Positions 25,301 through 40,070 of a stretch of DNA of 64,000 bases are shown here, in pieces. The stretch's first letter is position 1. Every line of letters starts with the position of its first letter. The stretch spans positions 28,290,871-28,354,870 of the forward strand of contig NC_092676.1 of the NCBI RefSeq assembly GCF_964355755.1. The letters run 5' to 3'. The translations under genes and the position numbers were made by a program. This stretch comes from Antedon mediterranea. Lineage: Eukaryota > Animalia > Echinodermata. The notes beneath the pieces are model-generated. The model did not search any database and was not told the DNA's origin. It was given only the letters and a program-made list of their open reading frames with translations.

Positions 25301-25414
25301 CCGCCACTGCTACAACAAGGACGTGATGACGACAATGACGAATTCAAACCGCCACCACCCGATTCTGACAAAACCGAAATTCTAAGAGAACAATTCAAAC
25401 AAATGAAACCTTAA
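25301..25414 (+). pseudogene. EEP subtype D 3'-terminal remnant
   Basis: PPLLQQGRDDDNDEFKPPPPDSDKTEILREQFKQMKP* matches the end of 52996-53847, with a shared 3' flank. Confidence 0.75.
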
Positions 25415-28400
25415 TCAAACCATTGCACAGGTCTGTGGTCCATAACATTTTGTTTCTTATGAGAAATAGCATAATTATTTCTATTTGAATCTGTAATTTT
25501 ATTTTTGGCATTTGAATAGCATGTAACCTACTTGATAAAACAGACGTTGCTGAAGTAGGCCTAATCAAGTTTCAAGAGTAACGGTGATTTTACTTTTCGA
25601 TTATGCTTTAGGTATATATTTTTGTTAAAATCAAATCTAAGCTTATTTTTAGTCAGATATCGGATGACAGAATGTTATATAAACATATTGTTAATTTACA
25701 GCTTTTAATAGTTTAATTAATCTATCACTAGGATAGAAAATGGACTCGTTTTTACTTTAGTAACTTGTAGTGTGTTTACATTCATTTTGGCATTACACCA
25801 AATTACTTGATATTTAATATTAACATTTTTAATGAAATTTATATCAATACATTCACCAAGCATGAATATAGACGTTGGGAATGACTCAACAAAAATCTTG
25901 CAAATGCAAATTAATTTTCTCAAAAATGTTAAAATATTAAATATCAATTAACAATGACAAATTATTTTTAAGGTTATAATACACCCATATAACGTGCAAT
26001 TAAACCTTCAATTAAGCGTACAAATTATTTAGATAAAGTATTAATAAAATGTCATAATTATGCTGTCAGTTAATTGTCATTACCGGTACTTTAAAATAAG
26101 ACTTAGCTTAAAAATAATAATCGGTAGAAGGCAACCAATGTTATTAGCTGATTTTGCATCTACATATTTCGTTGTGTCATTCATGTGGTTGGTACATTTA
26201 AAGAATTGTGCCTGTGCCTCTGAAATAAATATTATATGTATACGTACATTCACATACTAATCGTATACACAATTGCTTATTATTGACTGTCTAAGCAAAT
26301 AAGCAAAGTAAAAATATTTCAAACAAATTACTATAACGCACTCAGTCAATCTTAAATGGCGGGTACCTCAATCTGACGATAAGAGAATTTACTCTTCCCT
26401 GGTTAAGCCTAAGTTTTTGTTGTTTTTTTAATGTTGTATAGGTTTTGAGTAACAAGCAGATTTACACTTTTCAACACTGGCGGCTTACAGACTTTTTTCG
26501 TTTCCTTTCATTGTGAATTTAATTCTTTGCAATAGGCACTTAGGCCTACATATTTCAATGTTTTGTAAAATTTAGGTGGTTGGTAATTGCATTTTAATAT
26601 AGCTACGTAAAAACTAATGGTGACGTGTCTGTTGTCTTGGTAGAGTAAATAAAATGTATTTGTGGATGTTCGTATGTTTCTTTTTTAATTCGTCCGGTAC
26701 CCATGATTAATGTTGCAAAGCTGCACTATACTAGCCAACGAAGCTGCACTTGCCAATCTATCTATATGGAATATTGATAGCCCAAGTAACACCGAAATTG
26801 ATCATTTAAGGAAGAGCAATTAGTTATGTAAATGAATACATGATAAAAAGTTTAAATTGTACAACACATGCTGTAATGGTACCTAACATACTTATAGCCT
26901 ATACTTTGTCCTTTTTCTTTTACTATAACACATGATAAAATGTCAAAACACAATTTATCACAATAAAAAAAGAAAGATCAAGATATTGATTGAAAAGAAA
27001 TATAAATACCGGTAACCAACATAGAGATACTAAAGCTACTAGTCACATCTGTTCCGTTTAACAAACAGAAGACGGTGCAGTCTGAACAAAATGTAATTCA
27101 AAGCAAAAAATTAAATTGGCTGTCAGACAATGGTTTTGGTTAAAATTAGACGTTTCTTTTCTCTGTTTATAAGTGAAATAATAATTTTTATTTTTTTTTT
27201 ACAGAAGTGAATAGCTTTATTAAAACTGCAAAATTACCTATTTAAAGACAATACATCTTTAATTATTGTTCTTTCTTAATAAATAGTTATTTTTGTTTAA
27301 CAATCAGTAGTAAACATTTTGTTTGACGTGAATATATAGTCCGGCGTACTGTACAGAACAAAAATATAATCATAAACTAAACTATAGTAGTGTACTGCGA
27401 GTTTATTGAACAAGATTTTACAGATTACATGCATCTCTGTATTAGCAAATGTTTTCATAGACTCTCCTCTCCCAGACGTGCTTTGGGATTTGTAATTTGA
27501 GCATGACCCGTCCGAGTTTACAAAATCCCAAAACTGTCAGCCTTAGAACTCTAGTTTCCCCTTGAAATAGCGTCTGAATGAGATGGGAATATTAGCTGAC
27601 AAAGCCACGGCGAAAAAAAAAAGATTTAACGGCAGATTTATATCCTCGTCCGATCTATTTAATTGATACATTTAGGCCTAGTAAAATGTAATATCGAACT
27701 ATGTATTTCTATTAATTATACGCTGACTATTACATTCAACGCAATATGTTCTTAAGCTTTTAGTAAACAGAGAGAGCCTACTCTCTGTGTGAATGTGTCT
27801 TAGCAGGAGTACATTTTTAAGTCATCATGAACAAGTACATTAATTGTTCAATAATGTTGGGCTAGTAGTCTATATAAAAACCATACTGTTTTCTTGCCAT
27901 TTCCAAGAAATTATGTTTAAAAACAATTTTTTAGAAAAACTGTTTACAACTGTGTTACTGTATATAACAGAACAGAATGTTTGGAGAGAGAGAGACTCGT
28001 TCATTATTATAATGTAGCGTCTTTGGTCATCATTTTGTATATAAAGTATTTGTATGATAACCAAGAATAAATAGAATAAAATTAAGTTATATATAGTTGA
28101 TAGATATCATAGAAATTTTGTTGTATATTTCTGGTAAAAGTATTATTTTTAGCAATGTGATAACAAATCTACTAGCTTCAACATCTATTATTAAAAATAG
28201 CTTATCATTTTCTTAAGCAAAATGCCAGATCATTGTAATTTGTATAATAAGTAAAAATATCCAGTTGTGAAAAACATTCCACCACAGAATGGTACCAGCA
28301 TGACAAATCTATGAACTTCACAAATAATATTATTTTATATGATAACAATTTCTCCATGGTTACATATGGTCCAGAATTTGCTTTACTGGGTTATTAATGG

Positions 28401-30569
28401 GTGATGGTTCAGCGTTTGCTACTACGGTATATTTCAAAGATATAAACGCATTGTTGCTCCGGTCTTTTCGGTCGTGAAATTAGAATAACATTACTAAACA
28501 CGCAATATCTAAAAATATAGATATATCCATATATAGTTACTTTTATCATAGAATAATTGCTATAGTTGTTTGTAGAAGTTGATACAATGATATCAGGCTG
28601 GGACCATCCTGTTCTTCACAACTGGAATACTTTCTTTGTAAACAGTTCGTCTCTGCACACAAATAAAATTCTCCATGCTTAATCTGACCTATTGTGTTTA
28701 TTATATTTACTTATATCAATTCGTTTTCTTCCAGCAATCCACAGAAAATACTAGCTATCGCATTATGTCTCTGAAATCTGCAACATCATGTTGGTTGTAT
28801 ACACGTCCCAGTATTGCCATTGCATTAGCGTTATTTTATTAAGTTTTGTTATAAAACGCAATGTTCTTGAGACCATGGAGGTATAATGTTGAGACACACA
28901 CACAAACACGTACCTTATTTTAAATTTACTAATAACCAAAGATCGTATAGCGCCACGTAGTTTCTTTGCTAATAACCTATTTGCCATAATATCGGATTTG
29001 TTTATATAAATTCCAGAAGCACAATTATGATCATTGAATTTTAAGTATATGACGATTGTATTATTCCAAAAAACATTTGACTGATTATGATATTATTGCA
29101 TTCAGTCATTCTTAATTTCTAAAGGCCCATTACACCAAAAGTATATTGTCTTAATTGTCGTTCGTGTTTCAACACGCAATTTTATTATATAAATGCTTGT
29201 TTTCACTCTCGATGTATTGTATGAGCTCAATATAAGCCTAATAGTAAACGAACTCCTATAGCTACTGTCAATTTTACTGTCTACAAATTGAGTAGGATCC
29301 ACTTTGCCTGTAAAAATTAGAGATTTTTTTTATCGTCAAATAAGTACAAATGCTTTTCAAAGCCCCATTTTGACATGCAGGCATATATTTACTGCAAACA
29401 TATGCTAAGTCAATTTATACACGACAAAACAGACATAAGCTATTTCTTAACACGAATGGAATTTATTATTAGTTTATAAAGATCGAAGTTTCGATAAGTG
29501 TAGAGTGTTAATTCATTTTAATACGGTAGGTAGGTCTATACATTTTGAAGAAAAGAAATTTGCTACCAGTGATAATATTTATGTAAACCTGGGGATACTG
29601 CGCTGAGACGATGATAATAAGCTGATATTATTTTCGACCCAGAATTCTAAACGCATTGTTGCTGTCTTTTCTATCGTGAAATTAGAATAACATTACTAAA
29701 CACGCAATATCTAAAATATATGTTCTTTTATCATATAAAATAATTGATGATTTTTAGTTCGTAAATTCCATGCTGGTACTGTCCTCGTTGGAATTTTATT
29801 TCACAACTGGAATATTTTATTTGTAAACAGTTCGTTTCTGTACACAATTTAAAGTTTCATGCTTCATCTGACCAATTATGTTATTATATTTCCTATTATC
29901 AACTTGTTCTCATTCAAGACAACAGGCAAATTAAAGAAACTATAGTGTCTTTGAAATCTGCAAAATCATGTTTGTATTTTTATAGACACCGACATTTTAG
30001 TTTTGTTATAAAATAATAAATGCAAGTTAGATATTCTTTTTTTGTTTTGAATTAAACAAACACACGAATACTTCATTTAAAAAAAATGTCATTCAATGCA
30101 TGATAATCCATGTGACCCATTTATTTTATTAGTTCGAATTAGAAATACATCATGTTTTAATACGGTTCTATATAATCATGGAAGTTAAATTATTTCTCCA
30201 TGGTATAATCTATTCTCTTATTTTTAATCAGATATGCTCATACATTTTACTAGATCAGTTATAAGAAGTAATAATGACCTTATTTATAGGCGCAGGCTAA
30301 GCCGTATTAATTTAACCAATGACAAGCGACGGTTGTTTTCGAGCCGTGAAAATAATCAACACGTACCACTAATACACGAGTCATCACTTGTCATTGGTCA
30401 AATTAGTTCCGTAATATTATCTATACGGTTTGCTTATTGATCCTGTATAAGTATTCATTATTATTCATACAATAAGTAAAATATGAATAGATATTCGTAT
30501 TCACTTCAACTAACGAGAGCAAGAAATCGATGAAGCAAAAGCAATTAGTCTACCTGACTACATCACAAA

Positions 30570-31614
30570 ATGGCACCTCATAATCCTGTTACTGCTACTT
30601 ATTATATGTCTGGTGAGGAAAATTACAAGCTTACAACTTACAATTGTGGCGACACAGATCCAGAAAGGGATCGAAAGATAGAAGAATGTAAACAATCTGA
30701 TGTCATTTTTTGTCAAGAAATTAATAAAATGACTATTGAATCTTTTAAAAATTACACACCTTTTAAAATTCAGACAGGACAATGCTTCACAGCAGTATTA
30801 ATCTAGAAACCAATAGGGCAGCTTCAAGGCGAAAAAAAAATAAATAAGGACAGAAAGTTTCTGGATAGACCCGATGTTCGTCAATGTACAGTAAAATTGA
30901 ATGATATGGTTTTAATTTCGTGGCATGGCGACAAAAACATAAATAGAAGGGGACTAAATAGAATTTCACCAAATTATGTTAAAGAAAGAAAAAAAGAAAT
31001 TGTTCAAGCTCTTCAAGTATACGCATCTGGTCTAGCAACTGAATACAATTTACTAGATTACAATTATAAGAGGAAATGTTTGTTATCGCTAAATTGTAGT
31101 ATTTTGATAATATTGAAATCGATAAAAATCAAAATATGCATATTTTACGATTTTGTATACATTTTAGCTATGAATGGCCAAAATTAAAGTAAATGTCGAT
31201 TTTGTTGAATCTACACAGACGTATAATGTTTGTACTGAAAATAAAACGTGTTTAGTTATCATTGGCGGAAATTTCAACTTACCTTCAAAGGATACAAGAA
31301 AAGTTATAGACAAGCTGACACCACCATCGCAATATGAACAGTACATTATAAATCCTGCTGATATCCATAACCGTAAAAGTAATATTGACTACTTTTTCGC
31401 TGTGTTCCCAAAATACGGAGTCAGAGATGCAATCGCACTACCGCCACAAAGGGACCACGACGGTGAAGACGCTGTTGATGAGCTAGCCGAATCTGTGGAC
31501 GATTGCGTTAAACTAATCTTTATAGCCTATATTGAAATGATTGAATTTGGGTACACTTCAATTAGAGGTAGAAAGGGGCCGATAGAAAAAATATCAGTAA
31601 TATATTTAATTTAA
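30570..31614 (+). pseudogene. EEP subtype A pseudogene with an additional 199-bp insertion
   Basis: Same TAG and GNFN lesions as the 9289 copy, plus a frameshifting insertion at 31057-31255 absent from that copy. Confidence 0.85.
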
Positions 31615-31962
31615 ATCAAGTTGAAGATGAATATCATTTTATTATTTGCTCTCGTTACCAAGATATCATAAATTAATGTATACCTACTTTATTTATTGAA
31701 AATCTTAATACTTTTTAATGTTTCCGTTTAATGGCATCACATGATTCAAGAACCAATAATAATTTATCAAAATATATTTATCATGCTTATAATATCACAG
31801 AACGACATTGATTAATTTTGTTGTGATCATAATTTCTTAAGTTTACAAAATTATATTCAATGCTTACCAAAAAAAATAGGGGCCAGAGGCCTAAAGTTAA
31901 TCAAGTCAAGCAAGACACCTGAATGAATGAATGAATGTTGATACAAACTTATAGCACAAACA

Positions 31963-32059
31963 CTTTCTTTTCGATGTAAAAGAATAATGAAATAATACAA
32001 TTATAAATTGAGAATTTATAAATGTATTATTTCATTATTCTTTTACATCGAAAAGAAAG
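31963..32059. repeat. 97-bp near-perfect palindrome (duplicate)
   Basis: Same sequence as 10488-10584. Confidence 0.9.
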
Positions 32060-32429
32060 CTTTTATAATTTAGTAAACTTAAAAATATAGTACTATACTG
32101 TCAATAAGTAATTTGTAAAAGTTATATATAAATTGCAAATAATACAATAATTCTGTAAATAGAAACTAAGACAATTGTGATGTACATTAAATGTTGTATT
32201 TATTTGTGAAAATAAAATATATCTATGCCTATGTCTAACTATCGGTAGTGATACAAACATATTAAATTGTTTTTTCTTGCATTTTAATAACTTGACTTAA
32301 TTACACATGGAAAAAATAAATAAAATATGGCAATGAAGCCATTAAATTTTATGTTCACGATTTTGAAAATGTTATTATTTTGTGAAGCCATTTATTTAAT
32401 GTTTGTATGTAGGTGAACAACGATCGATA

Positions 32430-32610
32430 GGGCATTTATTTGTTCGACAGGAATGCATGGGACCTCTATAGAATACTATCAATGGCTCACAACCCAGGCA
32501 TTGTCGTAATTTTGTCCTTAGAAAAAAATCCTGACATGTGACAGGACTTGAACCCAGGATCCTTGGAGTGGTAGCCAAGCATCATAATCACCAAGCCACA
32601 ACTCCACTCC
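32430..32610 (-). mobile_element. tRNA-derived SINE (duplicate of 10950-11127)
   Basis: Same A/B boxes and same context. Confidence 0.65.
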
Positions 32611-32686
32611 TATATCCTTGTTTATCGCAAGAATTTCATTTTCGCTGAGGCAAATATGATTATTAGGTGAAACGCTTATAATATAT

Positions 32687-33259
32687 ATGGATGGATATTT
32701 TCTAATGTGTTCAAAAGTATATTACACGTAAGATTTGAGTCATGCTGGAACTGTTTAACATCAATGAAACAGTGGGCAAATCTACCATGTACCAGCATAC
32801 CAGTAACATGAGTTCCCAGCTTCCACATTTTTTAAGTTTCCTTTGACTCAGTGGGAAAAGAAGGCAAGTCTGTCTTACTTTGGTCCATACCATCAATTAT
32901 AACCGATAGATAATGTTCCAGGGTCTTGCTTGGCTTTATGAATGTGTTTGTAGTATTTATTTCGTTCTATGCTAAAAATTAAAAAAAAAACAATTTCATA
33001 GTACTACAATAACTATGTTTTAATGCAATGTACAAATCAAAATCTGAAATGAATGAAAATGATATATTGATATATCTTGGTAAATGAAATACACTGTTTT
33101 TTTATTATAAACTGAAAATGGTAAGTATTTTACTCACTGTTGCTTTTGTAAATGGTTCTCTCTCTTGAATAATAACTGCTCACGTCTTTGTTTTTGATGT
33201 GTTTTCTGAAGTTCAACCTTAATATGTGTACACTTGCTACACTTAGCAAAGCGATTTTC
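32687..33259 (-). mobile_element. Decayed Sola-like DDE transposase fragment (duplicate)
   Basis: Near-identical copy of 11205-11781. Confidence 0.65.
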
Positions 33260-36102
33260 CTGTAAAGTATATAATCATGTCAAAATACTGTTATCAGAAA
33301 ATGAATGTAATTCGATCTTCCTCTAAAATATATAATTATATTTAAACAATTTTTAAGGCTCCTACATTAAGTAAAAATCTTGAATAATGGCTATACATGC
33401 TTTTTATCTCTTACGGTATTGATGCATATTTATTATCAATTATCAATCAGTTTTTGTATGAAATCCGTATTATTATTAGGTGGTCATTTAGAATAAAATG
33501 TAATAACTATCTATCATAAGCTAGGGATACAATATTAGGTACCCCGTGAAAGATTACACCCACTTAAGGAATACAATATTTTACGGCTGTCTGGAACATT
33601 AGGACACCATGTCTCTGATAAAGAGTAACGACATTCCATTGACGTATTTTAGAAAGGCACGTAGTACAACTATTCTTATGTAGAGTATGGAGTTGCTATT
33701 TTTATAACAAATGTATTTTAAAAGGCTTTGACTATCGAATTTAATATAAAAGCAATCCATTTGATAAAGGTTTTTGTTAAAATAATAACGAACTTATTAA
33801 CTTTTAAACAACAAAATATAAAAATATTGCTTTAACTGTATGGCCCTCTATCGGCCTATTACCGCAATTCAAAAGTTCTTTGGTGATTTTGTTTCTCACC
33901 CATTGTTTGTCATCGATTTGTATTCCAATAATAACATCTAATATTTGATGATATAATAGCAATCTGGTTGTATTATTTCTGGTAAAGGAATAAAGCATTC
34001 ATTTGCACTGCACTCAATAAAGACAGATGTAGCCTACTTTCATTGACTGAGAACCGATATCAATACACAAAAACCTAGACCTAACTATACTGTCTTCAAT
34101 TCACAGAAGAAATTACATTTTCAATGTGGTTATAAACAATTTCAAATTATTAAAAGACGCAGAAGAAGATTTTATAAAACTAGAAGAATATTATATTTTA
34201 TAACATAGAGAATGGGTGTGTTTGTATACCACCAGTACGATGTGCGTGTGTAATGCTGTTTATCTACGTCTGGAATAATTGTAAGCGAAAATATTTGTAT
34301 AGTTTTTATGTGAGTTGCAGAATATTCTTGTTTCCTGTGTTTTAAATAATGTTCCTTGACTCTATAGAATGTACTTTAGGTGGAGAAATATTTATATACT
34401 TAACTTATTAGAGTTCTATAAGTGATACAATATAAATATAAAAGCGCAATAAAAGAAATTGAATTGAATATACACTATTATACACTTAATCGCATTTGAT
34501 TTAACCAAAATATTATGTGGTTTTATGAAACTCAATATCAAAGGTCTTAAATATAGGTAGGCCTATACCTCATCATTAAGTCTATTTTCGTTTAAAAAAA
34601 AAAAATTACTTCGAATGAATTATACTTTATAGCCTTTTAATTTTATGCCGTAATGTTATACCGATATGCTTATAAACTTTAAACTGCGGAATGTAAGCAT
34701 TAGTTATTTTAAAATTTTAAATTCCATTTGAAATTGAAACAAATGTACTGTATACATAGCCTATGTTATCAGAAGTACATATTGATATGATTATTGTATC
34801 ATACATATTTGTTTCAAACCATGTTGGTATTATTTATAAGTCTATATACATTTCGAAGGAAGGCAATTTTCTGTCCAGAGATAATATTATGCCAAAACCC
34901 GTGGATAATGCTCCGCGATTAATAAACAATAACTTATAGGCCTATGTATGCTTGATCCAGAATTCTAAACGCAAAAAGCTCGAATCTTTTCTATCGTGAA
35001 ATTAGAATAACATCACCAAACACGCAATATCTAAAAATACTATTTCTTTTTATTATATAAAAGAATTGATATTTGTTGGTTTGACAGGTTTATAATTGTC
35101 AAGCCGGTACTGTCCTCGTTGGAATGTTTTTCACAACTGAATATTTTATTTGTAAACAGTTTGTTTCTGTACACAATTTAAAGTTTCATGTGTCACCTGA
35201 CCTATTATGTTATCATATTTCCTTATTATCAATTTGTTCTCATAAAAGAATCTATGTGTCTGTGAAATCTGCAAAATCATGTTTGTATTGTTAAGGCATA
35301 TACACTGACATAGTAGTATTTTTAAAAATAATAAATGCAAGTTAGATATTCATGTTTTTATTTCACACTAAAGGAAAATCATTATTTCGGTTCTACTGAG
35401 CCTATTTATATTCTACAGCCAATGATTCTTTCCACATGAGTACTTGAGTAGCTGCATATTATAAATAATAATAGTTTTTAGTAAACAAACACGTAGGCCT
35501 ACCTCATTTTACACATTTGCCATTTATTATTTGGATTACGATAATTCACAGTTCTTAATTTTTACTGTCAACAATAGGAGTAAACATTATTATAATTAGG
35601 AGCCTATTGTGTCATAAGTGGGATTTTTTCAGAGCCACATTGAAATTCGGTTATAATTACTGTAAACAGATGCTGACTCGAATGCTCGGTCAAGTTATAC
35701 ACCAAAACACACATTAGGCTACTATTAGTTACAATGTTACTCATATTTAATTTTCATACGTTCATAAAATGGAATAAAATCAATATCACAAGCTAGCGAC
35801 GGCTTTTTTTAGATGAAAAGAATCATTACGTAAAATCATTCATCCGTACTATCGATTGTCATTGGCTAAAATTGTGCTCGTGCCTAGATCTGTAATAAAT
35901 ATCATAATTTAAGCAAAGTATAATAGTTCAAACAAACAAATATCGCACTCAGTCTTGATTAAACGTAGCGGATACACTTACAACTGAAGATAACAAATAT
36001 TATCAACAAAAACAACCAGCAATACCTGACATAACGTAAAAGACGAATTGTATTGAGACAAACTATTCTGTAATCAATAAGAACATTCAAACAGGCATTA
36101 AA

Positions 36103-36957
36103 ATGGGACCGCATAATCCTGTTTCTGCTACTTGTACGTTGGGCAAGAACAAATACACACTTACAACTTACAATGCTGGTCAAGACAAAGACGATTACAG
36201 AGAGGAGAAAATAAGCGAATGTAAAAAATCTGATATTGTTTTCTTTCAAGAAGTTAATCAAAATACTATCAAATCTTTCAACGACGAGTTTGACTCCTTT
36301 GAAAATAAACTTGGAAATGCATACACAGCAGTATCGATAAAAAAAAACACCTTTAACGACGGAAAAAACAAGAAAATATGTGATGATAAACAAATTGCAG
36401 ATGTTTGCAAAGATGTTCGTCATTGTACAGTGAAAATGACAAATATGATCGTTATTTCATGGCACGGTAACCAGATAATAAATAAAAAAGGTACACCAAA
36501 AAACCAAAAAAAGGTTCCAAAAGATGCAAAGAAGGTCATATTTAAAGCTCTTCAGCGTCACGCATTTGACCTCGTAAAGGATTACAGTTTACCGGTTATC
36601 ATTGGTGGAGATTTTAATATACCAGTAGACGAACTAACTCAATTAGAGACATTACCAGAAGAGTGCGATCATCATTACTTTAAAAGTCCAAGTGGACTAA
36701 ACGTCGACGAAGATGAGAACATTAGTGATATTGATTTCTTTTATGTAGTACTCCCTAATTTACTCGGTAGAGCAACCCCATTTCTACCACATTTTGCACA
36801 ATCACAAACAAATGAGAACACAGAGGGAGCGAGTGAATCGCCACAACAAGATGAAACCTCCGTTGATGAAATTACACCTGGTATGGAAAATGTGAATCTA
36901 GACGAAGACAAAGCTACCACATCGTCAGATGTAACACATTCTGACGTTTTCTCTTGA
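36103..36957 (+). CDS. Single-ORF EEP-superfamily protein, subtype B (284 aa)
   Basis: Duplicate of 14657-15451 with the same motif set; differs in the central loop and has a longer acidic tail. Confidence 0.85.
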   Translation: MGPHNPVSATCTLGKNKYTLTTYNAGQDKDDYREEKISECKKSDIVFFQEVNQNTIKSFNDEFDSFENKLGNAYTAVSIKKNTFNDGKNKKICDDKQIADVCKDVRHCTVKMTNMIVISWHGNQIINKKGTPKNQKKVPKDAKKVIFKALQRHAFDLVKDYSLPVIIGGDFNIPVDELTQLETLPEECDHHYFKSPSGLNVDEDENISDIDFFYVVLPNLLGRATPFLPHFAQSQTNENTEGASESPQQDETSVDEITPGMENVNLDEDKATTSSDVTHSDVFS

Positions 36958-38038
36958 ATGGATGTTGAATTAAATGTAAAATACTTTGTGTAGTACATGG
37001 TGTTTTTAGTTCTGTAGGCCTAACAGGTCTGATTAAACATTTCTATAGGTCTGAAATACTAGTGTATATTAGTAGTTCTAAATAGTACACAGATAACAAT
37101 ATATTATATCGACAAACAAAATGTATGTTTTTATTCACAGTTATTTTATTATAAAGTTATTTTTGTTGCCATTTTTTAATGATGCATATCCCGTGTAATA
37201 TATTTTACGTGTTTTCCTATACATGATACACATTTTAATGTTTATATATACGAACAATTATATATGTAGGTAAATCTATTGAAAAAATATAAGAAAATAA
37301 TTAAATAAAGTAGATTAGATAACAATGGATTAAACAAAATATTAAATGTTGTATTATAAAAAATATTAATGATATGAATTAATGAATAAAAGTGGTGGTT
37401 CACACCACAGACGAGAGTTACATTCTTATTTGCTGCTTTATGATTGTTAATTCAGCTGAGGATGACCTAGGATTTATTCCAACAGAGGCTATATATAGTT
37501 CTTATAATTCAGAGGGTAGTAAAGCCGGCCAACATTAATGCTCAGTATAAAACATGACAGAATACAACCTCATGGTATTGTTATTATCGTGAACGACAAT
37601 GTGAATTAGTCTTAAATTCATCTGAATGATGGATAAAATAAGTCTGGACTGTTTAAAGCACCTTTGGCTGGTCCCATCAACCAAGGGCTTCTCTCGTCCA
37701 GTGCCCACTGCATAATGCCTTATAACTCTTTTATGCAAGATTTTAAATGACCGCACATCAAAACTTTTTCAGAGATATATAGGGCAGTACTATATATTAA
37801 TATTTATACATAATACATAGGATCGCAATTAAATAAAGTCTTTATGTTGAATTGTATTTTGAATTCATGAGGATCATTAATAATGGTGGTCACTGTAATT
37901 GTCAATATCAGTTTCCGTTTCGTGTGGATACACCAATAATAAAATAACGGTGTCTGAAATAATAAGGAAATAATAACATGAAAACAATATTTAAAATATA
38001 GGCTTACCCAAAAAGGGAAAACAGAATCAACATTCGAA

Positions 38039-38365
38039 ATGGAAAGACGTTTTGTAACACTGTTATTTGCTGTTTAAAGATTTCTTATTGTTAATTCAGT
38101 TGAAGATGACCTAGAATTTAGTGCAAAGACAGGCACTATAGTTCTGAGTGAAGGATCAAGAGGCCAACTAGAATGCTCAGTATCAGACATGACAAAATAT
38201 ACAATCTCATGGTATAGAGAAACAAGAAATGGTGACAGAACAATCATTTACAGAGATGGAATGTTGATACTGAACAACTTAAGAAGAGAACAAGCATACA
38301 GCAACCATATATATTACATGATGTTCAAATAAGACAAGCACGTGGACGATATCTTGGTTATTTTC
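38039..38365 (+). pseudogene. Ig-like exon duplicate with an early stop
   Basis: Copy of 16659-16990 with TAA in the leader. Confidence 0.6.
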
Positions 38366-39825
38366 TTAATGGTAATAATTACACATGATTTAACAGTTGA
38401 CACTGTGCTTCATCAGCTCTATTACTTTTATTGATACATTTAAGAACTATATAGAATATAATATCGAATTGAATTCTTATTATATGCTGACTATAATTGA
38501 ATTTTTTTTACCGACATTTGAATTTTCGCTTAAAAGATAAAATAGTAGGCCTAATTAAAATTTATTTTTATATAACCCATTTCTGCAATTCATTTTTTAT
38601 AAACCGATGCTTATAGCATTTATTGCGATAGCAAAAGTGCATCTTAATATAATTATTGTACAGTATTAAATATTGTTTATTTCAGAGTCCCAATTTGACA
38701 TGCACTTAAGCCTACTTTTCCTGCAGACAGATATGCCTACTAACCCGAATGCTCGACCAAGTTATACACGCCAAAATAGACATAAGCTATTTCTTAATAG
38801 GAAATTGGAATGTAGTGTTAGTTTATTAGAAAGATCGTCAATTTCGTATGAGTATGATTGTAAGTTTTGTATAAGTTTAAAGTGTTAATTCATTTTAATA
38901 CGGTAGGTAGGTCTATACATTTTTAAGAAAGGGAATTTAGCTACCCAGTGATAATATTTATGTGGATACTGCGCTGAGATTATTAGGTAATGATAATAAG
39001 CTGATATTATTCTTGACCCAGAATTCTAAACGCATAGCTCCTGTCTTTTCTATCGTGAAAATAGAATAACATTACTAAACACGCAATATCTATAAATATA
39101 TGATCTTTTATCATATTGAATAATTGATGATTTTTAGTTCGTAAATTTCATGCTGGTACTGTCCTCGTTGGAATTTTATTTCACAACTGGAATATTTAAT
39201 TTGTAAACAGTTCGTTTCTGTACACAATTTAAAGTTCCATGCGTCATATGACCTATTATGTTATTATATTTCCTATTATCAATTTGTTCTCATTCAAGAC
39301 AACAGGGAAATAAAAGAAACTTAGTGTCTCTGAAATCTGCAAAATCATGTTTGTGTTTTTATAGACACCGACATTTTAGTTTTGTTATAAAATAATAAAT
39401 GCAAGTTAGATATTCTTGAGTCTTTCTTAAACAAACACAGCCTGTCAGGTATCTCATTTTACAAATTTGCCATTCAATGCATGATAATCCATGTGACCCA
39501 TTTATTTTATTATTTGGATTACGGTAACAGAAGCACATTATTATGATGATTGTAATATAAATGTCTGTATTTAGAGTTCGAATTAGAAATACATCATGTT
39601 TTAATACGGTTCTATATAATCATGGAAGTTAAATTATTTCTTCATGATATAATCTATTCTCTTATTTTTTTAATCAGATATGCTCATACATTTTACTAGA
39701 TGAATATGATGTATTTTCAAATTGCCAAAGCGTCCTCTGGATGTCGGGATGTCTGGCATTTGAATAATAAGAAAACGGACAAAAATAGGCCACACAGAAT
39801 CAGCATATAACATAAATAATTTGAA

Positions 39826-40070
39826 ATGGAGGGACGTTTTGTAACACTGTTATTTGCTGTTTTAAGACTTTTAGTTGTTAGTTCAATTGAAGATGACTTA
39901 GGATTTAATGCAAACATTGGTACTATAGCTCTTAGTGAGGGTTCAGCAACAGGCCAGCTAAAATGCTCAGTATCAGAGATGACCAAATATACAATCTCAT
40001 GGTATAGAGAAACAAGAAATGGTGACAGAACAATAATTTTCAGAGATGGAATGCTGATAATGAACAACTT
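39826..40070 (+). pseudogene. Diverged Ig-like exon, 3'-truncated
   Basis: MEGRFVTLLFAVLRLLVVSS...LSEGSATGQLKCSV...ISWYR; deletion after LIMNNL. Confidence 0.6.
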
